In this document: piece after piece, positions 43,553 to 56,327 of the stretch
Position numbering within the stretch: position 1 is the stretch's first letter
How the letters are laid out: every line of letters begins with the position of its first letter
Assembly (NCBI RefSeq): GCF_006345805.1
Contig: NC_042998.1
Span: 191,394,001 to 191,458,000 of the forward strand
Direction of reading: 5' to 3'
DNA: 64,000 nt
Source: Octopus sinensis
Taxonomy: Eukaryota
The notes under the pieces: generated by a model
Database searches by the model: none
Told to the model about the DNA's origin: nothing
Seen by the model: the letters and a program-made list of their open reading frames with translations, nothing else
Position numbers and translations under genes: made by a program

Positions 43553-43750
43553 AGGTGGAGATGCGTGGTTCAGTGGTTACGGTGTTGGATTCATGATCGT
43601 AAGATCATGGTTTCGATTCCGGGACACGCGTTGTGTTCTTGAACAAAACACTTCATTTCAAGTTGCTTCAGTTCGCTCATCTGGGAAAAAATCAGTAATC
43701 CTGTGACGCATTCCCATTCAAGTGGGGAATATATACCGGCCCTATGAGTC
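43553..43750 (+). mobile_element. Degenerate SINE (family D-like); duplicated at ~44631-44828
   Basis: tRNA-like head tggttcagtggtta...ggtttcgattcc; body aaaacacttcatttc...aatcctgtgacg...gtggggaatatata resembles 47025-47285. Confidence 0.7.
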
Positions 43751-43754
43751 TATA

Positions 43755-44123
43755 GGTGGAGGCGCAATGGCTCAGGCGTTAGGGCAGTGGACTCGCGGTT
43801 TCGATTCCAGACCGGGCGTTGTGAGTGTTTATTGAGCGAAAACACCTAAAGCTCCACGAGGCTCCGGCAGGGGGTGGTGGTGATCCCTGCTGTACTCTTT
43901 CACCATAACTCTCTCTCTCTCTTACTTCCTGTTTATGTTGTACCTGTATTTCAAAGGGCCGGTCTTGTCACTCTCTGTGTCACGCTGAATATCCCCGAGA
44001 ACTACGTTAAGTGTACCCGTGTCTGTGGAGTGCTCAGCCACTTACACGTTAATTTCACGAGCAGGCTGTTCCGTTGATCGGATCAACCGGAACCCTCGTC
44101 GTCGTAACCGACGGAGTGCTTCC
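43755..44123 (+). mobile_element. SINE family C, chimeric junction copy
   Basis: Head variant of the 44833 copy joined to the body of the 42663 copy. Confidence 0.88.
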
Positions 44124-44832
44124 ACATACACAACAAGCTTTTTCACAGTTTGCATTTGAAATTTCCACTCTACTTAGGGTTTACGTTAGAACTAACTTTT
44201 CCAATGTGTCACGACGTAGGATCAAATCAGGAATCATGTGGTTGTCAAGTGAACATCATACCAACATCCACTTTATAAAGTTTGAGTGGATGTCATTGGA
44301 TGAACGTATGCCCGTGTAGCCTATGTTCTTTACTTTAAAACAATCTTGTATATAAATAAGTATGATGAATGTTGCGTCACGTAATAAAATTGAATGTCGG
44401 CTTCCAAGAGGCAAAATTAAAGTAAATTTGCTTCTCACACCGCATTGTAGTGTAACTGTATGAATAAATTACTGAATAATTTAGAGCCTAGAAATATAAC
44501 AATTAAAGACTCTATTAACTCTTAGATCTACAACAAATAACTAATGTCTGTAATTTTCATGGCACCAAACATTCGTGAGTTCATGTTAAAGCAAATACCC
44601 TCTTTCCTTTAGTGCACAATACATAAAGTTAGGTGGAGATGCGTGGTTCAGTGGTTACGGTGTTGGATTCATGATCGTAAGATCATGGTTTCGATTCCGG
44701 GACACGCGTTGTGTTCTTGAACAAAACACTTCATTTCAAGTTGCTTCAGTTCGCTCATCTGGGAAAAAATCAGTAATCCTGTGACGCATTCCCATTCAAG
44801 TGGGGAATATATACCGGCCCTATGAGTCTATA

Positions 44833-44985
44833 GGTGGAGGCGCAATGGCTCAGGCGTTAGGGCAGTGGACTCGCGGTTTCGATTCCCAGACCGGGCGTTG
44901 TGTGTGTTTATTGAGCAAAAACACCATAGAAACTGGGAAACCATGAGGCTGGCTAGGCTTGAAAAAGGGCGCATAAATAAAATAA
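44833..44985 (+). mobile_element. Short SINE with family C head and a different tail
   Basis: ggtggaggcgcaatggctcagg...gagcaaaaacacc, then atagaaactgggaaacc...aaataaaataaa. Confidence 0.75.
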
Positions 44986-45482
44986 ATGTGTCTGTATACT
45001 ACATAATGCTACATAAAATGATGGAAAATATAAATAAACAGTAAAAATCAAGAGAATGTGACCAAATGAACCGCAATTTGTAAAAGTATTACATAAAAAC
45101 CTATCGTAGTGAAATTAGGGAAATTATAGTGGGGCAACTTAGAATAAAGTTCATAACAGTACGTGGCGATGTTATTTATGAATTGGCTCTCCTTTCCATC
45201 TTAAACTGTCAGCTACTGTAGATGAAGGTCACTTTTTAAAATGCAATTTTAAAAATTATGTATTTTTGTATAAAAGTATTTCAATAACGATAACTGTTTG
45301 ACAGCCAGGCAAAAATTGTTAAAATAGCGATCCAATGTAAAATATGAGTAAATCATAAGGACTTTATCTCAATATATTTCGTCTCGTCATGAAGTAAGCT
45401 ACATTTGGGTTTCCCAAAAGCTGAATGTCTAACTGATCTGTCCGGTTTCACTGTTCATCAACTTTCATTGTAGTTATATTTC

Positions 45483-45714
45483 TATTTCTTTACTACCTAC
45501 AAGGGGCTAAACACAGAGAGGACAAAGAAGGACAGACAAACGGATTAAGTCGATTATATCAACCCCAGTGCGTAACTGGTACTTATTTAATCGACCCCGA
45601 AATGATAAAAGGCAAAGTGGACCTCAGCGGAATTTGAACTCAGAACGTAACGGCAGACGAAAATACGGCTACCTATTTCGCCCGGCGTGCTAACGTTTCT
45701 ACCAGCTCGCCGCC
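45483..45714 (-). mobile_element. SINE family A, full length
   Basis: 19-bp TSD ttcattgtagttatatttc at 45464-45482 and 45715-45733. Confidence 0.95.
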
Positions 45715-47024
45715 TTCATTGTAGTTATATTTCACTGCGATGGAACGTTTGTATGCTTAATATAATTGGTTTTAAAGTTCTTTAGAGACTATGGCACAAA
45801 AACTATCGCAAGAATTCAGCGTTTTAATTCTCTTACATCCTAAATTAACAATCTTGGAAAAGTTAGTACAATTTAACTTCAATATATAAACCATGCAAAT
45901 ACATATATTTTTGTGGCACTCTGCCTATTGTGTAAAAAACATTACTTATGCAGTAAATTATATTGTCTGACTTGTAGACATGTCTTTACAGTAGAGCATT
46001 GTATTGGCAGTTGTTTGCTGCCATAGGATATATGTAATAAATTGCAATCTAAAAGATGCTACTTTGGCGTACAATTTTGTCTGTGGTATTCCATAGGTGT
46101 AGCATTATAATAAATTTAATATAATGTGAAAATAATATGTAATGCCTTAAAGTTAGAGGAATTACTATTCATCCGTTTTTATTTTTGGACAGTCAATGAG
46201 GATGAAACTTTTTTTCGGAGTCTAAATTTATTCCACTTATACTTGACATTAAAGCTATGAGGGAAAGTACGACTTGAATTATAAGAACAATTTTGGCAAT
46301 GGTTTCTCTTCTGCTAACTAATTGAATATATTACTTGTTAAGGTTATCACTACGTATATTCTATAGAAAATATAGTCAGCACTGATTTTTGTTACGACGT
46401 TACAAGTTATTAGTAATTGAATATAATCTTATATTTAATATATTTCAACGTTGGGATGCTGGAAATTGCTGACACATCTCATTGTTGATTCTAAAAGGGC
46501 GAATAATCTTCTTCCCGAATCTCGTTCATTGATTCAATGACAGTAAACCCCTAATTCAATTTAAAACTAGAGGAATTTTGTAATGTGTTGCTTCAGATAT
46601 TCAGCATCGAACTGTCACATAACGTTTGAGTATAAGTATTAAATACCTCTAAGTATAACTGAAACGGTGGAGTGCTTGCAGTAAGTTATGAAGAAGTATA
46701 TATAAAATGATTTCTTACAAAGAAAGTGGAACACACTACAAGGGTTGTGTAACTATTATGATTAGTCTCCAGGAATTGAGGTTTGGTTATTAGAAATGCA
46801 ATGTTTTCCCCAATAATAGACATTCTGGAAAACAAACAATAGAACATCCATAGTAGGAAATCATTAATGTCAATAGGTGGTATGTAGTAGTCATATGTTT
46901 TCGTGACATTTTTTTATACACGTGTATATCTCCCCACCACACACGCACACTCACACGTACTCACACACATGTCGATATATGTATGTGCGTGTGTAAGCAC
47001 TAAAACTATTTTCATTATTTACTG

Positions 47025-47285
47025 AAGTAGATGCGCCTGGCTTAGTGGTTAGGGTGCTGTTCACATAGTTGTACAATTGTGGTTTCGACCCCTGGACCGG
47101 ACAACGCATTGTAGTTTTGAGCAAAACACTTCATTTCACGTTGCTCGAGTCCACTCACCTAGCAAAAATGAGGAATCCTGCGACGGATCGGCGTCCCATC
47201 AAGGTGGGGAAAATATACGCCATAGAAACAGAGAAACCTGACTTATTATTTGTCTTGACTCGAGAAGGTAACTTTATCTTTACTT
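47025..47285 (+). mobile_element. tRNA-derived SINE (family D-like)
   Basis: A box TGGCTTAGTGG, B box GGTTTCGACCC; cctgcgacggatcggcgtcccatcaaggtggggaa domain shared with 60122-60406. Confidence 0.8.
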
Positions 47286-47554
47286 AACATTATTCACTGT
47301 CATCGAATTTAGTTACCTCAAGTTTCACATTGTTTCACCTTCATAAATATTTATAACAACGAGCCAAAGAGATAACTTTTGCATGGTTGCTGGTTGTATT
47401 GAAGTAACAGCCATATCTCATTCAAATCATATCCAACCGTTTTTAATAAGGGTAAAATGCTGCAATTCTGCTGATTACAGGTTTGTATGATCAGAATTGA
47501 TTTGACACTGAACAACAAAAACAACAGCAACACACGTACTTGTACATATATCGG

Positions 47555-47695
47555 TTAGCACTCCAGGGGCAATGTTTCCCTACTCGCCTATCCAGAGGGG
47601 TATCATTATTCGAACGCTACAATAATACGAGGAAGCGCATTGTCACCAGCGGTGTATAACAAAATCCGATAGTCTGGTCGTACAGTGATAGAGTG
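47555..47695 (+). mobile_element. Degenerate retroposon 3' end (same family as 35542-35652)
   Basis: gaagcgcattgtcaccagcggtgtataacaaaatccgatagtctggtcg. Confidence 0.55.
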
Positions 47696-48136
47696 ATATG
47701 AAATTTTGGCCTAAAGAAAACCCGTCTGATTACAACTCAATATATTTATGTTTTCATAAGCACTCAGTAAGATGCAGCGTTGTATCACTGTAAACGTCCT
47801 TCCTTCATGAACATCTAGACAATTCCCTTCTTCTCCATCTCCCTCTTCCTCTTTCTCTCTCTCCCTCCCGCTCACCCTTTCTCTTTCTTTCTCACTATCT
47901 CTCTCTCTCTCTCCACACACACACACATAGATATATATACATATAAAAAATAATGGTGTCAGGTAATGCTGAATAGTTTCAATAGACAGAACATAATTAA
48001 GTTCCAGATTCGGTAATATTGCGAATAAAGGGTTCAATGTTGGTTCTATGTCAGCGTGTGTATATAAGAATTTTTTTACGTAATACGATAAAAAAAACCA
48101 AGGCTGTATAGAAATTAGATCATTTATATATAGAAG

Positions 48137-48188
48137 GTCTTACAGCTGTTTCTAGGATATTAATTAATAGTATCCCTTCATCGGAGAC
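48137..48188 (-). ncRNA. Penelope-type minimal hammerhead ribozyme motif (core variant CCGAUGA)
   Basis: Minus strand: gtct-CcGATGA-agggata..tatcct-aGAAAC-AGCT-GTA-agac. Stem I gtct/agac, stem II, palindromic stem III ACAGCTGT, GUA cleavage triplet. Confidence 0.6.
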
Positions 48189-48224
48189 GGTGAATTCTTA
48201 TATATACAGATGCATATAACTATA

Positions 48225-48458
48225 TATTTCTTTACTACCCACAATGGGCTAAATATAGAGGGGACAAACAAGGACATACATAGGCATTAAGTCGATTACA
48301 TCGACCCCAGTGCGAAACTGGTACTTTATTATTTATCGACCCCGAAAGGATGAAAGGCAAAGTCGACCTCGGCGGAATTTGAACTCAAAACGTAACGACA
48401 GACGAAATACCGCTAAGCATTTCGTCCGGCGCGCTAACGTTTCTGCCAGTTCGCCGCC
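48225..48458 (-). mobile_element. SINE family A, full length
   Basis: Matches the 63671 copy; ~14-bp TSD tgcatataa(c/a)tata at 48211-48224 and 48461-48474. Confidence 0.93.
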
Positions 48459-49245
48459 TTTGCATATAAATATAGCTATGGAAAACGTGTAAAGTGGTGA
48501 TGTACATACGCAGAATTTTATGTAATTGAAATTTACCCCTTTGTTGGAGAAAGAAGACACATTCTAGGTTTTAGTGACCTTCAAAAATAATTAATAATTA
48601 ATCAGTTAATGTTAATTTCCTTGCATATAAACTAACAACAGGAAAGCAATGTTTTTTAACTCTAATATTTATCTATCCAAATACCTGCAATTGGTCCATT
48701 AATGTTTTTTATTACTTCATTTCAATTCCCTGACAACGTAGAAATCTGTGCCTATTGCAGCACTTGAAGTCTTTTTAAGCAACAGCTAACATATGTGGTT
48801 TCTTAAACATATGATATTATCAAAACAAAGAAAAAAAAATCCATGATTATCCATAAACATCGCAATCGCATCCGAACAGTCTGTTCTGGCCATGCATTGA
48901 AGAAATATCAAAGTGCATGTATATCAGATTTGATATTCATATCTAGGGGAAATATGTATTAAATTATTCCTACAGTGCTATTGTCACTGTATTTATCCCT
49001 CTCTACCCATGGTTTATATTTAGCATGCTTCCGAGTGCTTTATCCTCGAACCATAAATCATGAAAGAAACTAGCTCTCTACGTTTTTTGTTTCTCTAACA
49101 GGCAGTCCCACATGCGGTCGTTCTCGTATAATATCAGCTGTATCGATTTCTGTAGGCTCGGAAGGTCTGCAATATACCACGGGCAGAATCATCTCTTGAT
49201 GTTTCTTTTAAATGGTTTCAAAATATGTCAAAATATATATGTAAA

Positions 49246-49741
49246 CTAGCAGTATCGCCCGGCGTTGCTCGGGTTTGTAAGGGAAATAACTATAAAGCAC
49301 ATTTAGAGAGTTATAGCCAAAAAATAGCAAAAAATGCATTAAAAATGGAAAACAAATTATGGTAAATTTTTTTAAAAATCGTTGACTCATCGTAGACATT
49401 TTTAGAGAGTTACTTCCCTATATAATAGCGAAAAATGCATTAAAAATGGAAAACAAATTATGGTAAATTTTTTTAAAAATCGTTGACTCATCGTAGACAT
49501 TTTTAGAGAGTTACTTCCCTTATATAATAGCGAAAAATGCATTAAAAATGGAAAAAATTATGGTAAATTATTTTTAAAATCGTAGACTCATCGTAGACGC
49601 GCGCTAATACCCAGAAGGGCTCGATATGAATCACGACTATAAGCTACCCGGTTTTGGTTAAACTGCATCGCAAAATGTGGGAGTAGTTAGGAATCTAAAT
49701 CGGAGTAGACAGACACACAACCTTTCTTTTATATATAAAGA
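49246..49741 (-). mobile_element. Non-autonomous Helitron with internal ~101-bp minisatellite
   Basis: Element sense begins A^TCTTTATATATAAAA and ends with the cccgagcaacgccggg hairpin + CTAG^T; no TSD; ~2.7 tandem copies of a 101-102-bp unit at ~49300-49600. Confidence 0.88.
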
Positions 49742-49871
49742 TATAGTGCACTAATACGGAATGCAGAATACGTTGTCAATATTTTGACTGAACAACACCG
49801 TCATTTATCATTCCCGTCTATCTGAGTTTACTAAGAGTATGGGTGCAAACTGGCTTAACAAGTGTGGATAT

Positions 49872-49907
<36 letters not shown>

Positions 49908-50326
49908 ACACACACACTTACACACACACACACACACACCACACACACACACAAACACGCACACACACGTACACACACACACGGGCACATGCACACAATA
50001 CGATGGTGGTTTACAAGCTGAAGGTTAGAAATGTCCTTGTTAATAGTACTCCTGTTAAAGAAGGATATATATACATACATGCACAGACACACGCACACAC
50101 ATATATACATGTACATATATACATATGTATACATATTCATGTGTGTGTGCGTGCATGTCTTTGTGTGTATGCTTGCATGTATGTATGAATGCATGTAAGT
50201 ACCCTTATATATACATACATATATACACATATATATACATACATAAAAAAATATATGTATGTATGTATATATATATATGTGTGTATATATATATATGTAT
50301 TTATATATATAAATATAGTGGCTTAA

Positions 50327-50960
50327 AGGCGCAGAACTAGTTGTGTGGTAAGAAGCTTGCTTCCTAACCACATGGTCCCAGGTTCTGTGACACCTATGTG
50401 ACACCTTGGGCAAGTGTCTTCTACTATAGCCCCGAGACAACCAAAACCCCGTGAGTGGATGTGGTAGACAGAAACTGAAAGAAGCTCGTCATATATATAT
50501 ATATATATATATAAAGTTAATCCAAACAAGAAAACAAAAACAAAAACACAACAACGCAAGGACGTGGAACAAATAAAGTATTATTGGACGCTCAGGAAAG
50601 AAGGGAAGAAGGCCGGCTTGACATTTCGAGCGGAGCTCTTCGTCGGAAACATAGGAGAAGGAAAGATCCCGAGAAGGGAAGACAGGGGAAAAAAATCGCT
50701 AGTGATACAGAGAGGTCACATATATACATATGGATGGATGGATATATGTATGTATGTGTCTGTGTTTTTTCCTCCACCATCGCTTGATAACCGATGCTGG
50801 TGTGTTTACTTTCCCGCAACTTAGGGGTTCGGCAAAAGAAGCAGATGGAATAAGTACTAAGCTTACAAAGAATAAATCCAGGGGTCGATTTGTTCGACTA
50901 AAGACAGTGCTCCAGCATAGACGCAGTCAAATGACTGAAACAAGTAAAAGAATAAAAGAA
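50327..50960 (+). mobile_element. SINE family B interrupted in its TA tract by a ~200-bp Penelope-like insert (~50513-50720)
   Basis: 5' and 3' halves match 51182-51593; the insert carries a hammerhead-like motif. Confidence 0.85.
50617..50650 (-). ncRNA. Degenerate minimal hammerhead motif
   Basis: Minus strand: gttt-CcGACGA-agagc-tcc-gctc-GAAA-tGTC-aagc; gaaatgtc may be CpG-decayed gaaacgtc. Confidence 0.45.
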
Positions 50961-51181
50961 TATATTACATATCTGTAAACGGACAATACGTAACAGGAGT
51001 CTGTATCCAGTTAGAACTATCAAAGCACCTGTCGCAGAAAAGTTATGAAGAAAATATAATTTTGACATTTACAAACACTGGAATGCAAATACCAGCTATA
51101 ATGACTCCTGTTACTGATTTAATAAAAATATAATGAACTGAAAAGTAGAACAATATCATGAACTGCAATCATGAACAAATA

Positions 51182-51593
51182 GGCGCAGGAGTGGCTGTGT
51201 GGTAAGTAGCTTGCTAACCAACCACATGGTTCCGGGTTCAGTTCCACTGCGTGGCATCTTGGGCGAGTGTCTTCTGCTATAGCCCCGGGCCGACCAATGC
51301 CTTGTGAGTGGATTTGGTAGACGGAAACTGAAAGAAGCCTGTCGTATATATGTATATATATGTATGTGTATGTGTTTGTGTGTCTGTGTTTGTCCCCCTA
51401 GCATTGCTTGACAACCGATGCTGGTGTGTTTACGTCCCCCTTACTTAGCGGTTCGGCAAAAGAGACCTATAGAATAAGTACTGAGCTTACAAAGAATAAG
51501 TTCCGGGGTCGATTTGCTCGACTAAAGGCGGTGCTCCAGCATGGCCGCAGTCAAATGACTTGAAACATGTAAAAGAGTAAAAGAGTAAAAGAG
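51182..51593 (+). mobile_element. tRNA-derived SINE family B, full length
   Basis: A box TGGCTGTGTGG, B box GGTTCAGTTCC; central ttgggcgagtgtcttctgctatagc domain; internal TA/TG tract; 3' stem-loop and (gtaaaaga)3 tail. Confidence 0.93.
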
Positions 51594-53043
51594 TCTAGTA
51601 AATAACAATACTACTTAATGAAAACTTTTTCTCTTTCTGTCTCTCTGTCTGTCTCCCCCTCTCTCCATCTCTCTCTCTCTCTCACACACACACAAACACA
51701 TACCCACTCTCATACACACGCACACAAACACACCACAAATACGCACACACTGTTACATACATACAAACACACATACACATGCATCCACACAGCCCACTTG
51801 AATTCGATCAATGCTAAACACCGTAAACAATATTAAACAGAGCAAACCAGCATTGAAATTAGATACACTACAATAATACCAATATGAAAATGACATTCCT
51901 GTAGTTACTTGATATACTAAAAGAAACAAAAAAAAACAAGCAATAAAGGGTTATGATAATATCAATGCTTCACGCGATAGCAAGAAACCCTACTGCTTCA
52001 TTGCCCTTTATCTTTTTTCAAAATTGAAAATACATATTGATAACAAACAGGATGATACGGTTGATGTTGCAACCATTGCTAATTATGGTGGTTATAAAGA
52101 TAACGATAATGATTTTGATGGACAGTGTATAATAAAAATGTCTAAAATAGGCACATATCTGCAGGTCTTTAAAGTATGCTACATTCGATAAATTCCTCTA
52201 AATTACAACATTGAACATAATCGACGGTTGAATTCATCCATCAGATTTCTCATTCTCAATATCATTTTTTTTTTTTAAATAAGAGGTTTCATTCTGTCCG
52301 ATTGGCAAAGATTACAGAACTGGCCAATTAATCTAATAACCTTTCTGACAACGGAAGTCGTCACATTGTTAGTACTATCCACCATAAGTTCAGATGAAAC
52401 AACATTATCTTCTGTCACGCATTAAAAACTAGAGAGAAGGATAATGAGGATTTTCAACCTTATTGAAATAATCAAGCTCTCGATGCTTCTTTTTCTTTCA
52501 TAAATCTCGTCATCTAAAACAATCTCATAGGAAGCCTATGGAGACAAAACATAGGCTTCCTGTGGGATTTTTTAAAAAATGGATGAGGACATTAACTCAG
52601 GTTTAGCTTCGCTTAAATATTGCCTACAAATCTCTGCTGAGGGACCACTTGCACTAATCTTGTCCCCTGGAAGATAATTTTTACTATGATCGTATTCTTT
52701 TCTAATCAAATATATCGATATTATATTAGTAAAAGTGTGAATATTCCAAGAAGAATCAAAATCAGTTCCCTAAGCATATTTTTGCTCAGTAGTTAATATG
52801 ATAATTTTTACATCTGTAAAACTTTAGATATCTTCTCGAAGGATGTGGTAGGATCAATTGTAATGGGGTAGTAAATATTTTATAGGCCCCAGAGCAATGG
52901 AGTGTAAATTCCATGGAAGTTAGAACTAAATTATTTAGAAAGTACCACTTTTTACCCCATTCCGTAGCATCATCTATCTTTCTGTATCGAGTAGCATGCA
53001 AAAGTTGTAGGTACTGCACTTACCCCCTTGACACAATAAGTAA

Positions 53044-53057
53044 ACACACGCACACAA

Positions 53058-53090
<33 letters not shown>

Positions 53091-53225
53091 TACATACACA
53101 CACATACACACACACATACACACAAACAAACACACACGCATCACACACGCACGCATCACGCACACACACATCACACACGGACGCACAGACTTACGCACGT
53201 ATCACGCACGCACACACGCACACAA

Positions 53226-53258
<33 letters not shown>

Positions 53259-53450
53259 TACATACACACACATACACACACACATACACACAAACAAACA
53301 CACACGCATCACACACGCACGCATCACGCACACACACATCACACACGGACGCACAGACTTACGCACGTATCACGCACGCACACACGCACACACACACGTA
53401 TGTATGTATGTATGTATGTATGTATGTATGTATGTATGTATGTGTGTATG
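53044..53450. repeat. CA-rich block duplicated with a 168-bp period, followed by (TATG)n
   Basis: ggacgcacagacttacgcacgtatc occurs at 53179 and 53347. Confidence 0.9.
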
Positions 53451-55224
53451 TAATTATATTTCAAGTAGCGTTATGAAACGAGCTGCTGGAACCTGTTGCC
53501 CCTACGTATCTTGATTAGTTCTAAGCAGCTACTGTATTCTTCGTATCATTGAAGGGAAACTCTTGCTTATCAAAAAAAAAAAAAAATGATTTCACTTTTT
53601 AAGTATGTTAGCACTGACTTAATCTATTTACTTTCTATGAAGGTCGTTTCCCTTGGTAATTTCTCCTCGGCATTTATACTATAGGGTTAAAGTTTACTTC
53701 GCTAAAGTCATCCAGCAAGAGGCAAGCTTTTCACAAGCTGAGACGGTTATTTGAACTTACATAGGCTGATTATATTCAGAAGATGCATAAACAAGCCGTC
53801 ATTCATTCCCTAAAAACCTAGGGAATATTCAAAAGAAACCAATATTATTATTGCTTCTGTATAGTTTTCTATTAAAGAATAGCAGAAATATGTTTAAGAT
53901 AACATCATATTATTTTATACAGACGCTAAGGAGATTTTGAATTTAATTCAATTCCCTTTTCTTCATTTGGTAACCATATTGGTTCTACATCAGAAACCAC
54001 AGAATCAATTCTTAGATATTCACAAAACAAATCTAAGTAAAACATAACAATAACTGTCTTATTGATTAATGCTTTAAGGAATATATAGAAAAACATCTGC
54101 AGCCTGTAATTTTCACTTTGTAATACTAAATAATGTACATTTCTATAGGAAATCCTTTAGAAATATCCATTTGTGATGCTCCAAAAGATGACACCAATGT
54201 TAGCCAATTACAATGGATATAACAATACATTACTGTTCGCTACTTCTAACTGTAACGGTTGAAATGTGTATCCTGGTTTCTCGCTAAAAACTATCATATA
54301 TGCGGGAAATCTGAAAAGAGAAATAAGGTATTACCATTCTAAGAAAATATAATCAATAGAAAGGCATGTTTTGGAGCGTATCTTTTCTACTCTCATCAAG
54401 CGACACACGTCAATGCATTTTCCTTCGTTTCTGAACGGAGCTTTGATATATACTTTTCTATGAATGATCGTAAGAGTCTTCTAAAGCAGCTACTTTTCAA
54501 TGAGAAAGTACATTTCGAGATAGTGCATTAGTTCGGATAGTTATCATCTTATATAGGAATATTAAATCTCAGCCAAACCAAACCTATCTTATTCTTTCGG
54601 GTTGAAGTACTAAAGAAACTCATGTCGACACATTAATATTTAAGATGTTGATCTTCAAACAGAAACCAAAGAATCCGGAAGATGTATAGGTTCGAATTTC
54701 ATAGAAAATATAAAGAGAAGAAGTTGATTTCGCTGGTAATGGTTTTCAATTCAGTAAATATCTGACTGAAGTTTTAGGGCGAAGAAATAATATATTCATT
54801 GTCCTGTTGAAAGCTTAGAAACCAATTTCGTAAACGGTGAATACATATAATACATTTTGTGCGACTATATAATTCATTATTTATTATGGCGAATACTTAG
54901 AAATGATTAATCTGCATTGTACAATGCTGAAATTATGACTGTACGGTAACATTTCTTTTTTTGCTTTTTGTATGAAAATCTTTATACGAAAAACAACAAC
55001 TAGAAAATCCGTTACCACAGACTACTTGACTATATATTCTTTATGTACAAGGCATCCCTGGGGAATTTTGACATGCTACTATTTCAGATTGTCTAACGAT
55101 GGATTTTATTTTTAACACTCAATCTTATATATTCTATCAGTCATTCTAAGATTTCTGAATTGCATATAATTTTAATTGTTTAAGCATTTAATTCTTTCAT
55201 GAATTTCAAACTACTTAACTAACT

Positions 55225-56083
55225 AACTATGAGGCAGAAGAAATAGCAACAGGACTCAATGGACGACCGAGAGTGCGGAAGCATATGGGGGCACCGGAAA
55301 ACCCCTTCAGGCCAGGCTTCACAAGTCCTCATTCAACATCCCAGAGAGCACAACCCTAGCTAAGTACGTCTGGAAATTGAAAGAAAGCGCCACGGAGTAC
55401 AGCATAAAGTAGAAGATCCCAGAAAGATGCAAACTCTACTTCAGCAGCAACAAGAAGTGATTATGTCTGGTTGGGAAGAGAGCGATTTTCAAAGGTACTT
55501 AACACACGGATGTTTACCTGAATAGCAGGAGTGAATTGCATAATTCTTGCCCGCATGAAAGGAAGTACATGCTATCGTACCTATGCCCCCCACATGACTG
55601 CAACCACAGGTCCCCTGCCTCGACCTTCGGCAAACGATCTTTCTCCTATGCCCTTGGGCCCGGCAAAATGAGTTTAACCAAAGCACACACTAAGGAACCC
55701 ATGTACACACACGCACACATCCCTATAAGGCGGACACCCTACAAAATAAACTGTCTCCCCGAACACATATACCTTCACATAAATAGTACCCCCATATATA
55801 CACAGATCCCCGCACACATATTACACACCGTACGCTAACTTAAACCACGACTCCACGACTTAATCATTTACAGAAAGAAAACGGACCAACGAACACAGCT
55901 ATATATACCTACACACCCGGAAAAAATTATTCATATGACACCGCTACACATACCACACACCCCATCCTTGTCAGCCGTTAGAAAACAACTCTCACGTGGC
56001 TAAGAATTCTTTTGACTCATATTCCAAGCAATGCTGGCACTTACTAGCGGCCTCAGTCACTTTAGTGACGACTGTACTTATGG

Positions 56084-56085
<2 letters not shown>
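55225..56085 (+). mobile_element. Penelope-like element relic (GIY-YIG endonuclease C-terminal region plus downstream UTR)
   Basis: HKSSFNIPE..STTLAKYVWKLKE..YSIK.KI...LCL...LNSRSELHNSCPHERKY, characteristic of PLE GIY-YIG tails; the extent of the UTR is uncertain. Confidence 0.8.
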
Positions 56086-56173
<88 letters not shown>

Positions 56174-56198
56174 GTCTATCTGACTGTCTGTCTGCCTG

Positions 56199-56280
<82 letters not shown>

Positions 56281-56281
56281 A

Positions 56282-56327
<46 letters not shown>
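56086..56327. repeat. (CTAT)n tetranucleotide repeat
   Basis: Visible. Confidence 0.97.

Larger units (their letters stand above)
42721..44876. repeat. ~1078-bp direct tandem duplication (42721-43798 / 43799-44876)
   Basis: Identical or near-identical ORF pairs offset by 1077 bp (42797/43874, 42997/44074, 43179/44256); only a few substitutions and 1-nt indels seen. Confidence 0.95.

Noticed and set aside
49101-49200. Strong acceptor followed by GC-richer sequence
   Set aside because: No matching donor and no recognisable peptide in any frame
49300-49600. Regularly spaced repeats as a possible CRISPR array
   Set aside because: Contiguous tandem units without unique spacers, inside a Helitron in eukaryotic DNA
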